Below, in pieces: positions 1-11,203 of a stretch of 64,000 bases of DNA (its first letter is position 1; each line of letters begins with the position of its first letter). The stretch is taken from NCBI GenBank assembly GCA_033762915.1, contig JANRLD010000094.1, positions 1 to 64,000 on the forward strand. Reading direction: 5' to 3'. This DNA is from Meiothermus sp. GTDB lineage: Bacteria; Deinococcota; Deinococci; Deinococcales; Thermaceae. Under the pieces are notes generated by a model. The model saw only the letters and a program-made list of their open reading frames with translations. It was not told where the DNA came from and did no database searches. The position numbers and the translations under genes were made by a program.

Positions 1-139
1 TCAACCAGGAGATCACCGCCTGGCAGAACCAGCGCAACCTAGGGGGGGGCACTGTTGTTTGGCGCTTCACCAACGAGCAAGCCCGCACCAAGCTCAGGCA
101 CCTTTATCCTTGCACCGCTTTAAGCTAGACGCAGTACTA
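1..139 (+). mobile_element. 3' end of an IS630-family transposase and probable right end of the element (truncated by window edge)
   Basis: Frame from nt 3 reads NQEITAWQNQRNLGGGTVVWRFTNEQARTKLRHLYPCTALS* (stop 126-128), resembling IS630 C-termini (W..RN..WRFT..AR.KL.HLYP). Followed by GTACTA ending in TA, the IS630 target dinucleotide. Confidence 0.75.
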
Positions 140-185
140 CAACTTCCTTTCCGAGCTTATAGACGAACAGCCCATAGGCTACTTG

Positions 186-365
186 ACCAAACCGTTGTCA
201 TCCTGAGCGAAACGAAGTGCAGCGAAGGATCTCCGAAGGGCGAGCGCGCGCCAATGTGGTGTTGCGAAAAAGACCATCACCGCCAACATCAAACAGATGA
301 CCCTGACACGATGAGGAGATTCTTCGTCGGCAAAAACCGCCTCCTCAGAATGACAACGGTTTGGT
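186..365. repeat. 180-bp palindromic MITE/REP-like element
   Basis: ACCAAACCGTTGTCATCCTGAG (186-207) and CTCAGAATGACAACGGTTTGGT (344-365) are inverted repeats with 1 mismatch; inner pair CGAAGGATCTCC / GGAGATTCTTCG. Confidence 0.75.
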
Positions 366-462
366 GATTCAGAGGCTAATTGAAGGGCACGTTAATGCAC
401 TGAATCACCGACCCTGAAACAGGGTATGCAAACGTTACAGCTCCCCATAAGATGTGCAATAT

Positions 463-1038
463 CTATGATTGCATTCTGTATGAAATCCCAAGTGTATTTA
501 TCTCTTTCTCAGAAAAGCTAAGCCTTAATGGTTCATTACCAGAAGGGCCATAGCGCAACACGACTTCAACACTCTTGTAACCTTCATTTGCTAAGAACTG
601 CTCCGGATCAAAAGCTATATCAGGCGCAATAGGATATGCCTGACCAGGCAATAAGGAAAAACTGGTTGCTACTTTTTCGCTGTTTCGTCTTTCAGTGAAC
701 GAATGCAGAGACGGCAAAGCATTCAAGCCTGTAAAAGCAAATGCCGGCTTCCCATTTATCCTAACCTCCAGCACCACAACTGGACTTAACGATAGGTTTG
801 TAAGCATCAGCATTCCAATAGCAGGCCCATCTCCCAAGAAAAAATGTACTGATAAATAGGCAGTTTTCTGGTATTCAAGGGTGTCGGCAGCAGCCTTAGC
901 CATTTGTTCATTTGCTTGCGCCATAAGCTCATTTGACTGCACCACTGACTTCGTGAAGTACAAAACCACAACAGCCGCTACAGCTGATACAGCAGCAGAA
1001 ATCGCTTGTATCCAATCAGTTGTTGTCATCGGACTCAT
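463..1038 (-). CDS. hypothetical protein with N-terminal transmembrane helix, low GC
   Basis: 191-aa ORF, hydrophobic N-terminus (WIQAISAAVSAVAAVVVLYF), AT-rich relative to neighbours. Confidence 0.7.
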   Translation of the reverse strand: MSPMTTTDWIQAISAAVSAVAAVVVLYFTKSVVQSNELMAQANEQMAKAAADTLEYQKTAYLSVHFFLGDGPAIGMLMLTNLSLSPVVVLEVRINGKPAFAFTGLNALPSLHSFTERRNSEKVATSFSLLPGQAYPIAPDIAFDPEQFLANEGYKSVEVVLRYGPSGNEPLRLSFSEKEINTLGISYRMQS

Positions 1039-1098
1039 TACAATTAGTACACGACTCTTGTGAACTTACAAGCAACAAACACGGCTTTCCGTAGTCGA

Positions 1099-2265
1099 CT
1101 ACACTCCCAACTTCCCTACCTTCTGCTTCTCTACAGGCGTTCCGGTCAACCCATTGAAGGCATCAACTTCTTCCAAAAACCGCTGGAACAAATAGAGTGA
1201 GTCGTGGGGGCCGGGGCAGGCTTCGGGGTGGTATTGGACGCTGAAGACGGGGTAGCGCTGGTGGGCCATGCCCTCGAGCGTCCCATCATTCAAGTTGATG
1301 TGCGTGGCCTTGAACTCTTTCAGGCTCTCGGGGTCTACAGCGTAGCCGTGGTTCTGGCTGGTGATCTCGACCTTGCCGGTGAGCAGGTTCTTGACCGGGT
1401 GGTTGGCGCCTCGGTGCCCGAACTTGAGCTTGAAGGTGCGGCCGCCCGCCGCCAGGCCCAGCAATTGGTGGCCCAGGCAGATGCCGAAGGTGGGGAGCAG
1501 GCCCATCAGCTTGTAGAGGGTGTCGTGGGCATAGCGGGGCATGCCGGGGTCGCCGGGGCCGTTGCTCACAAACAGGCCGTGGGGCTCCAAGGCCATGATC
1601 TGCGCGGGGTTGGTCTTGCCGGGCACCACGATCAGCTCGAAGCCCATCTCGGCCATGTAGCGCATCTGGGCGTGCTTGATACCGAAGTCCATCACCACCA
1701 CGCGGCGCTTGCCCTTGAAGGTGGGGAACTGGTACGGGAGCGGGGTCGAGACCTCGGGGGTCATGTCGCGCCCGTCGATATCGGTCCACTTCCGGGCTTC
1801 CTCGCGCAGGGTGTCGAGGTCGGGCTGGGTGAACTTGTGGGTCGAGGCCCCGAAGTGCGAGGCGTGGGCGATCACGCCCTTCATCACCCCGCCCACCCGG
1901 ATCTTGCGCACCAATGCCCGGGTATCGATGCCCTCGAGGCCGATCACCCCGGTCTCCTGCATGAACTCCTCGAGGCTCTGCTGAGCCCGGGGGCCGGCGG
2001 TGTACTTGCTGAACTCCCGGGCCACGAAGCCGCGCACCCAGGGGCGGTTGGACTCCATGTCGAAGACGTTGACCCCGTAGTTGCCCTGGTGCGGGTAGGT
2101 CATCACCACGATCTGCCCGTTGTAGCTGGGGTCGGTCAGGATCTCCTGGTAGCCGGTCTGGGCGGTGTTGAACACCACCTCGCCCACGTTCTTGCCCCGG
2201 TGCCCGAAGGCGTAGCCGGGGTAGGCGGTCCCGTCCTCCAATACCAGCACTGCGCGTTCTTTCAA
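1099..2265 (-). CDS. carA: carbamoyl-phosphate synthase small subunit
   Basis: [38 protein letters not shown] and QYHPE motifs; TTG start. Confidence 0.97.
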   Translation of the reverse strand: MKERAVLVLEDGTAYPGYAFGHRGKNVGEVVFNTAQTGYQEILTDPSYNGQIVVMTYPHQGNYGVNVFDMESNRPWVRGFVAREFSKYTAGPRAQQSLEEFMQETGVIGLEGIDTRALVRKIRVGGVMKGVIAHASHFGASTHKFTQPDLDTLREEARKWTDIDGRDMTPEVSTPLPYQFPTFKGKRRVVVMDFGIKHAQMRYMAEMGFELIVVPGKTNPAQIMALEPHGLFVSNGPGDPGMPRYAHDTLYKLMGLLPTFGICLGHQLLGLAAGGRTFKLKFGHRGANHPVKNLLTGKVEITSQNHGYAVDPESLKEFKATHINLNDGTLEGMAHQRYPVFSVQYHPEACPGPHDSLYLFQRFLEEVDAFNGLTGTPVEKQKVGKLGV

Positions 2266-2347
2266 CTTAAACCCCCCACCGTTTCTCGCTCAAGAGTCCT
2301 GCCATGCCAGACGCCACGCTTCCCAAATAGACAATATACACGGGATT

Positions 2348-2361
2348 TGCATTTCTATACA
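2348..2361. promoter_or_regulatory. putative ArgR box upstream of carA
   Basis: TGCATTTCTATACA fits a TGNAT-N4-ATNCA ARG-box pattern; similar site upstream of argG. Confidence 0.55.
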
Positions 2362-2409
2362 GACCCAGCGCTCAATCCAGGGCCGGCGAGACCAGCGGGG
2401 CCGAACGGC

Positions 2410-3531
2410 CTATGCCAACAGGCGCTCGAGGTTCTCGGTCAGGGTCTTCTCGTTGGCGAAGGTGAAGCCCCACTGGCGGCCCAGCTCGTCCAGGACCTGC
2501 TCGGGGACGCCCAGCAGGACGTAGAGCACCTGCTTGGCGGGGATGCGCAGGTCGGCGGCAATGCGCTGGTGGCGCTCGAGGTTCTCCTCGTAGCCGCCGG
2601 TCTTGCACTCGACCATGGCCAGGGTATTGGCGGTGCGGGCCAGCAGGTCGATCTCGAAGCGGTCGCCGTTGGGGTAGATCAGGGTCGAGCCTGCCAGCAC
2701 ATCGTGGGCGATATTGCGGCGGCGCAGCGAGAGCAGCACGCTCTGCTTAACGAAGCGCTCGAGCCAGCCCCCGGTGATGAAGTTGCGGGCCTTGCCGTCG
2801 TCGGTCAGCCGCCCGAAAACCCGGCGCACCTTGGAGTTGTAGGAGTAGTTCTTGAGCAGGTTGCTCTCCTTGAGCAACGTGCAGAACTGCGTGACCAGCC
2901 CGATGTCCTGCTGGCTGATCGAGTTCATGGAGTACTGAAACTCGCCTGAGCCCCGGCTGCTGGCGATCTTGAGCTTCTCGTAGAGCCCCTCGAGGGCCAA
3001 GTAGCGCTCACCCAGAAAGCCTGAGATGCGATCCAGGGCCTTCTCCTCGGACTCGTTGCCGTTGCGGGCGAGCTGGAGCGAGAGGCCGATCTCGCCCACG
3101 TAGTCGGAGATGCGGAGGCTGGAGCGCTTGGGCTCGGGCGGGCGCTCCTGGCGGGCAGGCTCCGGGCGCTGCTGCCCCGCGCCCCCCCCAGCCCCGCCGC
3201 GTCGAATCTGCCGGACCTCCTCCAGGATCAGCCGGGTGTTCTGGAGGATGGTGGCCTCGGTGGGGTTGGCGCTGGGGTAGATCTCCAGGGCCATCTCCTG
3301 GAGCTTGGTGCCCGCGCCGGCCAGCTCGGGCAGCGGCTCGTGGGCCAGCAGGGTCTTGGTCAGCCACAGCTCGAGCTCGGCGCTCAGGCGCTCGCGGCAC
3401 TCCTCGAAGCTGCGCCCGCGCACCATCAGGCCCGAGATGCCAGGAACGGTGACCTCGAGGAAGCCCCCCTCCCCAGGGCGGTAGGAGGCCAGCTTGAGGG
3501 CGGCGGACAGATAGTCGGTCAGTAAACCCAT
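2410..3531 (-). CDS. HicB-like N-terminal domain fused to Card1/DUF1887-like PD-(D/E)xK endonuclease domain
   Basis: N-term LTDYLSAAL...VPGISGLMVRGRSFEECRERL...EPLPEL (HicB-like); C-term FITGGWLERFV...EIDLL...MVECKTG (PD-(D/E)xK). Confidence 0.7.
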   Translation of the reverse strand: MGLLTDYLSAALKLASYRPGEGGFLEVTVPGISGLMVRGRSFEECRERLSAELELWLTKTLLAHEPLPELAGAGTKLQEMALEIYPSANPTEATILQNTRLILEEVRQIRRGGAGGGAGQQRPEPARQERPPEPKRSSLRISDYVGEIGLSLQLARNGNESEEKALDRISGFLGERYLALEGLYEKLKIASSRGSGEFQYSMNSISQQDIGLVTQFCTLLKESNLLKNYSYNSKVRRVFGRLTDDGKARNFITGGWLERFVKQSVLLSLRRRNIAHDVLAGSTLIYPNGDRFEIDLLARTANTLAMVECKTGGYEENLERHQRIAADLRIPAKQVLYVLLGVPEQVLDELGRQWGFTFANEKTLTENLERLLA

Positions 3532-3579
3532 AACTTAGGACAGTCTAATGGTTCTTTGGAGGATTGCGTCCAGGTTACT

Positions 3580-3799
3580 CACAGCGGTTCCCCGCATTAC
3601 GCCTCACGCGGCGGGGCGTAATGTACCCCGCACATCCGAGTCTCTACGTGCGTGGTATTCGTGGGAACCGCTATCACGCCACACTCTCCCGCTCCTCGGA
3701 GATCCAGACTTTGCGCTCTCCTGTGTACATGAAGGCGGGGCGGGAGCCTGCCTCTCGAGCGCCGGCAGCTCCTGAATATAGGTGAAGGTTCCCATGAAC
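3580..3799 (-). ncRNA. candidate structured non-coding RNA, family unknown
   Basis: Nested stems with many G-U pairs on the minus strand; 3787-3799 pairs with 3657-3669, which alternatively pairs with 3583-3592. Confidence 0.4.
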
Positions 3800-4351
3800 C
3801 TATTGTGCGCCGGGTTTCCTATAGGCGTTCTCGACGTCCAGCACCTTGGTCACACCAATTTCGCGGCAGTTGTCGTAGAAGGGGCAGGCGCTGCACTCGG
3901 CGAAGACCTTGGGGGGCAGGTGTTCCCGGGTGGTCACCTGGTAACCCAGCGAGGTGAAGAACTTAACCTGGAGCGTCCAGGCGAAAATCTGAGGGATGCC
4001 CATGTCCTTGGCCTCGCGCTCGGCAGCCAGGGCCATCCAGCGCCCGAAGCCCTGGCCCTGGCGCTCGGGGTGGACGGCCAGGCCGCGCACCTCGGCGATG
4101 TCGTGCCAGAGGATGTGCAGGGCCCCGCTGCCCACGATGTGGCCGTCCTCGTCCTCGAGTACGAAAAAGTCCCGCAGGTTCTCGTAAAGGTGGTTGTGGC
4201 TGCGCACCAGCATCAGCCCGCGCTCCGACCAATACTTGATGAGGGTGTAGATCTGCTCCACGTCCTTCATCTTGGCCTTGCGGAGTTCGACGTTGGCGTC
4301 CCACCGGACTTTGGGGAGGGTGGTGGTTCCTAGTTCGATGACGCTGCTCAT
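3800..4351 (-). CDS. GNAT N-acetyltransferase, probable short-form N-acetylglutamate synthase (ArgA-like)
   Basis: AEVRGLAVHPERQGQGFG GNAT motif, C-terminal LPPKVFAECSACP; directly downstream of argH. Confidence 0.85.
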   Translation of the reverse strand: MSSVIELGTTTLPKVRWDANVELRKAKMKDVEQIYTLIKYWSERGLMLVRSHNHLYENLRDFFVLEDEDGHIVGSGALHILWHDIAEVRGLAVHPERQGQGFGRWMALAAEREAKDMGIPQIFAWTLQVKFFTSLGYQVTTREHLPPKVFAECSACPFYDNCREIGVTKVLDVENAYRKPGAQ

Positions 4352-4412
4352 GAGTCCCCCTGGTTAGGCCCCTCCCCCGCAGGGGAGGGAAAATCTTTGG
4401 TTGCGTCCTGCG

Positions 4413-5798
4413 TCACTGCTCGACCTCGAGTTTCGCCGCCTTAACGGCCTCCCTGACAGCCTGGGGCGCGGTTCCACCGTAGCTGCCTCGTCGGTGGATG
4501 GCGGTCTCGAGGCGGGTCAGTTGTAGCGCATCCTCCGCAAACAGCTGATGGAAGCCTTGGAGTTCGCTTAGGCTCAGGTCGCGCAGTTCCTGGCCCGCAT
4601 CGGCGCAGTGGCGCACGATGCGCCCAACCACGTGATGGGCCTCGCGGAAGGGCAGGCCGTGCTCGGCCAAATAGTCGGCGAGCTCGGTAGCGAGGGAGAA
4701 ACCCGACTCAGCGGCCTTGAACATCGGCTCGGGCCGCCAGGAGAGGCCGGGGAGCATCGCGGCCAGCAGCCGCACCGAGGCGCGGTAGGTGTCCACCGCG
4801 TCGAAGACGGGCTCCTTGTCCTCCTGCAGGTCCTTGTTGTAGGTGAGCGGCAGGCCCTTGGTGAGCGTCGCCAGGGTGACGAAGCTGCCCAGCACCCGGC
4901 CCGCCTTGCCCCGAATCAGCTCGGCGTGGTCGGCGTTCTTCTTCTGGGGCATGATCGAGGAGCCGGTGGAGAAGGCGTCGGGCAGCGTGGCGAAGCCGTA
5001 CTCAAAGGTGGTGTAAAGAATGACTTCCTCAGCTATCCGGGAGAGCGTGATCTGCCCGATGGCGATGGCGGAGAGGGTCTCGAGCACGAAGTCGCGGGAG
5101 CCCACCGCGTCCATCGAGTTGCGCATCGGACGCTCGAAGCCCAGCGCCTCGGCGGTGGCGTGGCGATCGATCGGGAAGCCGGTGCCCGCCAGGGCTGCGG
5201 CCCCCAGCGGCGACTCGTTCAGGCGGTTCAGGGCATCCTGGATGCGCCCGGCGTCCCTCGAGACCATCTCGTAGTAGGCCAGGAACCAGTGCGACAGCAG
5301 CACCGGCATGGCCCGCTGCATGTGGGTGTAGCCGGGCAGAATCAGGGGCGGATCAACGTACCTCTCGGCCTCGCCCACCAGCACCCTGCGCAGCGCCTTC
5401 AGGTCGGCCAGCAGGCCGGTCAGCTCGCCGCGAACCCACAGGCGGAGGTCGGTGCAGACCTGATCGTTGCGGCTGCGGGCGGTGTGGAGTTTGCCGCCCA
5501 CCGGCCCCACGATCTCGGTCATACGGGCCTCGACGTTCATGTGCACGTCCTCGAGCTCCTCGCGCCACTTGAAGGAACCGTCCAGGATCTCCTGGCGCAC
5601 CTCCGTCAGCCCCCGGCGGATCTGGGCCTCGTCGTCGGCGCTGATGATGCCCTGCCGGGCCAGCATCGCGGCGTGGGCCAGCGAGCCCTCGATGTCTACC
5701 AGGGCCAGCCGCTGGTCGAAGGTCCAGGAGGCGTTGAACTCCTGTGCGATCTTGCTGGGAGCCTCGCTGAAGCGACCTCCCCAGGTTTTCTGACTCAT
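4413..5798 (-). CDS. argH: argininosuccinate lyase
   Basis: [26 protein letters not shown] signatures. Confidence 0.97.
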   Translation of the reverse strand: MSQKTWGGRFSEAPSKIAQEFNASWTFDQRLALVDIEGSLAHAAMLARQGIISADDEAQIRRGLTEVRQEILDGSFKWREELEDVHMNVEARMTEIVGPVGGKLHTARSRNDQVCTDLRLWVRGELTGLLADLKALRRVLVGEAERYVDPPLILPGYTHMQRAMPVLLSHWFLAYYEMVSRDAGRIQDALNRLNESPLGAAALAGTGFPIDRHATAEALGFERPMRNSMDAVGSRDFVLETLSAIAIGQITLSRIAEEVILYTTFEYGFATLPDAFSTGSSIMPQKKNADHAELIRGKAGRVLGSFVTLATLTKGLPLTYNKDLQEDKEPVFDAVDTYRASVRLLAAMLPGLSWRPEPMFKAAESGFSLATELADYLAEHGLPFREAHHVVGRIVRHCADAGQELRDLSLSELQGFHQLFAEDALQLTRLETAIHRRGSYGGTAPQAVREAVKAAKLEVEQ

Positions 5799-5945
5799 AG
5801 AACCACCCCCCACCCCCAGCCCTGCCGAGGGGTGAGGGGGTCTGACGGTTGAGCAAGACGGGTTTGCGAGTGGCTCATGGTTTGCCTCATGGTTGAGCAG
5901 ATTCCCGAGTGGCCTTCGACCTTAGACCTTCGACGTACGACATCC

Positions 5946-6869
5946 CTACGACTCCACCTCGAGCCTCCTGACCATCACGAAGGGGGGCGGGGTGTTGGGG
6001 TTGGCCGCGCTGTAAGACACGGCCTCGTCGCGCACGAAACCAAACTGGGCGTAGAACTCCAGCAGCCTCGGCTGATCGGAGCGTACCGCCAGGCGCAGCT
6101 CCTTGGCCAGCACCTGGTCGGCCTTCTTCAGCAGGGCTTCCATCAGCAGGTGCGAGACCCCCAGCCCGCGGTACTCGCCCAACACCCCCAGTTTCTTGAC
6201 CTCGAAGACGCCGGGGAACTCCAGCACCTTGGGGTGGCGGACCAGCCGCACCGAGCCCACCAGCCGCTCGCCGTCGAGGGCCACCCAGCCGAAGCCGTTC
6301 TTGAGGTCGCTCTCGACCTTCTCGGGCGTCTCGGCGTGGCCGCTCGAGTTCTCCGCCACCTTGCCCGCCCACGCAGCGCGGATCATGCCGGCGATGGTCG
6401 GGGCGTCGGCGGGGGTGGCGGCGCGGATCTGGACGGTGCGTCCCCAGACCTGGCGCAGGTGGTGAAGGAGGTGGGCGATGTAGTCGTCGATCAAGAACCT
6501 GAGGGTGACGTTTTGGGCGTGGGGCACGTCGAAGGTGTGGGCCAGGGATTCCTCGGGCAGTCTTTCGACCACGTGCGCGATGTGCAGGTTCAGGGCCTGC
6601 CAGAGGGTCACGATCTCGGCAAAGGGCCGCTCCTGGTAGCCCTGCAGCCGCACCCAGTCGTTCTGGGGATACACGTGAAGGCTCAGGCCACTCTGCAGCG
6701 AGACCCGCAGGACACGCTCGAGGTTCACCGAGGCCGAGTCGATCAGGTGCCCCACCACCTCCTTGGCCGACCAAGTCTGGGGGGTGGGCTTGCGCGAGGC
6801 GACCGCCTCAGAGATGTGCGACATCCGCAGCACGGCCCGCTCGGTGATGGCCCTGAGTTCGGTGTTCAC
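5946..6869 (-). CDS. DinB-family domain fused to GNAT acetyltransferase
   Basis: WSAKEVVGHLIDS and DYIAHLLHHL (DinB); LGVLGEYRGLG...FYAQFGF (GNAT). GTG start inferred. Confidence 0.8.
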   Translation of the reverse strand: MNTELRAITERAVLRMSHISEAVASRKPTPQTWSAKEVVGHLIDSASVNLERVLRVSLQSGLSLHVYPQNDWVRLQGYQERPFAEIVTLWQALNLHIAHVVERLPEESLAHTFDVPHAQNVTLRFLIDDYIAHLLHHLRQVWGRTVQIRAATPADAPTIAGMIRAAWAGKVAENSSGHAETPEKVESDLKNGFGWVALDGERLVGSVRLVRHPKVLEFPGVFEVKKLGVLGEYRGLGVSHLLMEALLKKADQVLAKELRLAVRSDQPRLLEFYAQFGFVRDEAVSYSAANPNTPPPFVMVRRLEVES

Positions 6870-6904
6870 GGCGAAACCCCGCAATACGTTTGGCGACCTT
6901 TGAC

Positions 6905-6985
6905 GGACGAGCCGCTCGTCCCTACGGCGCAGCGCAAGGTGAATGGACGAGCGCCTTGCACGGACGCAAGGCCTTGCGTCCCTAC
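6905..6985. repeat. two GTAG-type REP palindromes
   Basis: GGACGAGCCGCTCGTCC-CTAC (6905-6925) and GGACGCAAGGCCTTGCGTCC-CTAC (6962-6985). Confidence 0.7.
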
Positions 6986-7101
6986 AAAAGACTTTTCACC
7001 TTTTGACCTTTTCACCTTTCGACTCCACTTCGTTCTGCTCAGGGCAGCGCCTTTTGAGCTTTGTTTTTGGCTCTCAGCTCTCGACCCCCGACCCTCGGAC
7101 C

Positions 7102-8295
<1,194 letters not shown>

Positions 8296-8404
8296 CCAAA
8301 CGCTCCTTTATTCATAAATGGGGCGTCAGCCCCAACCGCCACACAATCGCATACAGTACAGCTTACTGCGGGTGAATTCAAGGGCGAAGGGGGGTGGCGG
8401 GGTG

Positions 8405-8418
8405 TGCATAACAATGCA
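8405..8418. promoter_or_regulatory. putative ArgR box upstream of argG
   Basis: TGCATAACAATGCA palindrome about 110 bp upstream of the argG start. Confidence 0.6.
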
Positions 8419-8593
8419 GCCGGGCGGGCGGCGGGTTGCAGGTCGCGGGTGGCCAGAAGCACCTGCCGAAGGCTGAGGCTTGGCGAGAAGGTCGGGGACG
8501 ATCCCCCAACCCCCTGGACGCCGTCGCCGAGTTGAGGGGCCTTTCCACCCCCTCCCTCTTCCCTCCTCCCTCCCGGCTCTATATCCTGCGGGC

Positions 8594-9214
8594 ATGGACT
8601 GGCTCTACGCCGCGTTGGTGGGGTACGGGTTTGGGTCGCTGCCGTTCGCGTACTGGTTCGGGGTGCTACAGGGAAAAAACATGCTGGCCGAGGTGGTGAA
8701 CCTCGAGTTCCTCCCCGCCTGGCGCGTGCTGGGGGCCGTGCCCGCCGTGATGGTGATGGTCCTGGACGCGGCCAAGGGGCTGATGGCGGTGGCGCTGGGG
8801 GAATTCGTGATGCGGCAGAGCAACCCCGAGCTGGGCGGCCTGCTGGGCGGGGCCTTCGCGGTGATCGGGCACTGCTTCTCGGTCTGGGTGCTGGGGCGCG
8901 GCGGGACGGGGTACACCCCGGCGGTGGGGGTGCTGTTCGCGGTCAACCCGCTGATCCTGGGGGCAGCGGCGGGGCTGACCGCGCTGGGCTTTCTGCTGCG
9001 CCGCAGCTTCAACCAGGCCCTGATGCTGATGGGCGTGTTGCTGCCAATTGCCTCGAGCACCCTCACCCAAAACCTGACCTACCTCTGGTTTGGCCTGGGG
9101 ATCGCGCTGCCGATGATGCTCAAGCTGCTGCTCGAGCAGAGCCTGCAGGCCAACACAGCTGCCCCGCCCCAAGCGGCCAAACCGGGGGCAAAAAAGCGCC
9201 GCAAGCGGCGCTGA
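8594..9214 (+). CDS. plsY: glycerol-3-phosphate acyltransferase PlsY-family membrane protein
   Basis: GYGFGSLPF, LDAAKG, AVIGHCFSVW motifs; somewhat divergent. Confidence 0.75.
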   Translation: MDWLYAALVGYGFGSLPFAYWFGVLQGKNMLAEVVNLEFLPAWRVLGAVPAVMVMVLDAAKGLMAVALGEFVMRQSNPELGGLLGGAFAVIGHCFSVWVLGRGGTGYTPAVGVLFAVNPLILGAAAGLTALGFLLRRSFNQALMLMGVLLPIASSTLTQNLTYLWFGLGIALPMMLKLLLEQSLQANTAAPPQAAKPGAKKRRKRR

Positions 9215-9305
9215 GGCGCGCTCGAGGCGGCTACACCATTTCACGGTGTAAAAAATCAGCCTTCCTTAAGGGCAGGGGGGGCGGGCGGTTCGTATACTAG
9301 AGCCT

Positions 9306-10535
<1,230 letters not shown>

Positions 10536-10700
10536 GGTTTGCCGACTTTCGATGGCTGTGGGCTCTTGTGCGGCTCGAGGCCGCCGGTCGCGGAGGGTTG
10601 GCTGAACTGCTCGAGGCCAGCCCGCTTCAGCGCTATGCATGGCCCGGAGAACGGATCTTCACGCAGCCGGATGAGAAACTCCCCAACCCTTGGGCACACA

Positions 10701-10730
10701 AAGCCGCCGGGCACACGCGCCCGGCGGCTT
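10701..10730. terminator. 12-bp stem hairpin between convergent genes
   Basis: AAGCCGCCGGGC / GCCCGGCGGCTT. Confidence 0.6.
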
Positions 10731-10754
10731 GTCGGTTCACGGGCGCTTGGTCCG

Positions 10755-11009
10755 CTAGCCCATCTGCTTGAGGCCCGCCTTGTACAAGTCCCCGGCGAGG
10801 TCTTGGGTCTTCTGCCGCAGACCCTCGTCGGAGATGCGCTCCGAGAGCGCGTGGATGACCGTGGAGATCATCAAGTCGCGCAGCCCCTTGGGCCGCGGCG
10901 GGAACTTGCGCGGCGGCTTGGTCCCGCACCAGTCGTCGAGGTCGTCCAGAAATGCCGTGAAACCGCCGAACTGCGCCGCCTTTACCAATTCCTTGTCCAA
11001 TGTAGCCAT
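10755..11009 (-). CDS. small hypothetical protein (84 aa) with DDWCGT-Pro-rich motif
   Basis: RBS-like AAAGGGG before ATG, host-like codon usage, downstream hairpin. Confidence 0.7.
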   Translation of the reverse strand: MATLDKELVKAAQFGGFTAFLDDLDDWCGTKPPRKFPPRPKGLRDLMISTVIHALSERISDEGLRQKTQDLAGDLYKAGLKQMG

Positions 11010-11203
11010 ATCCACCCCTTTCCGAGGCCCGTTCATCCCTGTTTGTTTCGAGCCTCGAGAGCAGGGTACACCCGACCACGTTACAAGTAGGTTTCAGTGT
11101 TGCTCATATTTGGAGTAAGAGACGAGGTAAGAGTGACTACTTTCGTCCACTCAATTCAGTAGCTGTAGAAAGATACATTGTCATCATTGATAATGTTTGT
11201 TAT

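Noticed and set aside
59..367. 102-aa plus-strand ORF
   Set aside because: It overlaps the IS630 tail in another frame and the palindromic element; no coding signal.
1204..2949. 581-aa plus-strand ORF, and similar long antisense ORFs (4608-5852, 6943-8535, 33462-35183, 44349-45806, 58554-60383)
   Set aside because: They are shadows of well-supported genes on the opposite strand, expected in high-GC DNA, with no recognisable motifs.
3700..3780. FMN riboswitch-like words (UAUUCAGG, AAAGUCUGGAU)
   Set aside because: The conserved GUGAAAUUCC and ACCG core elements are missing and no flavin gene follows.
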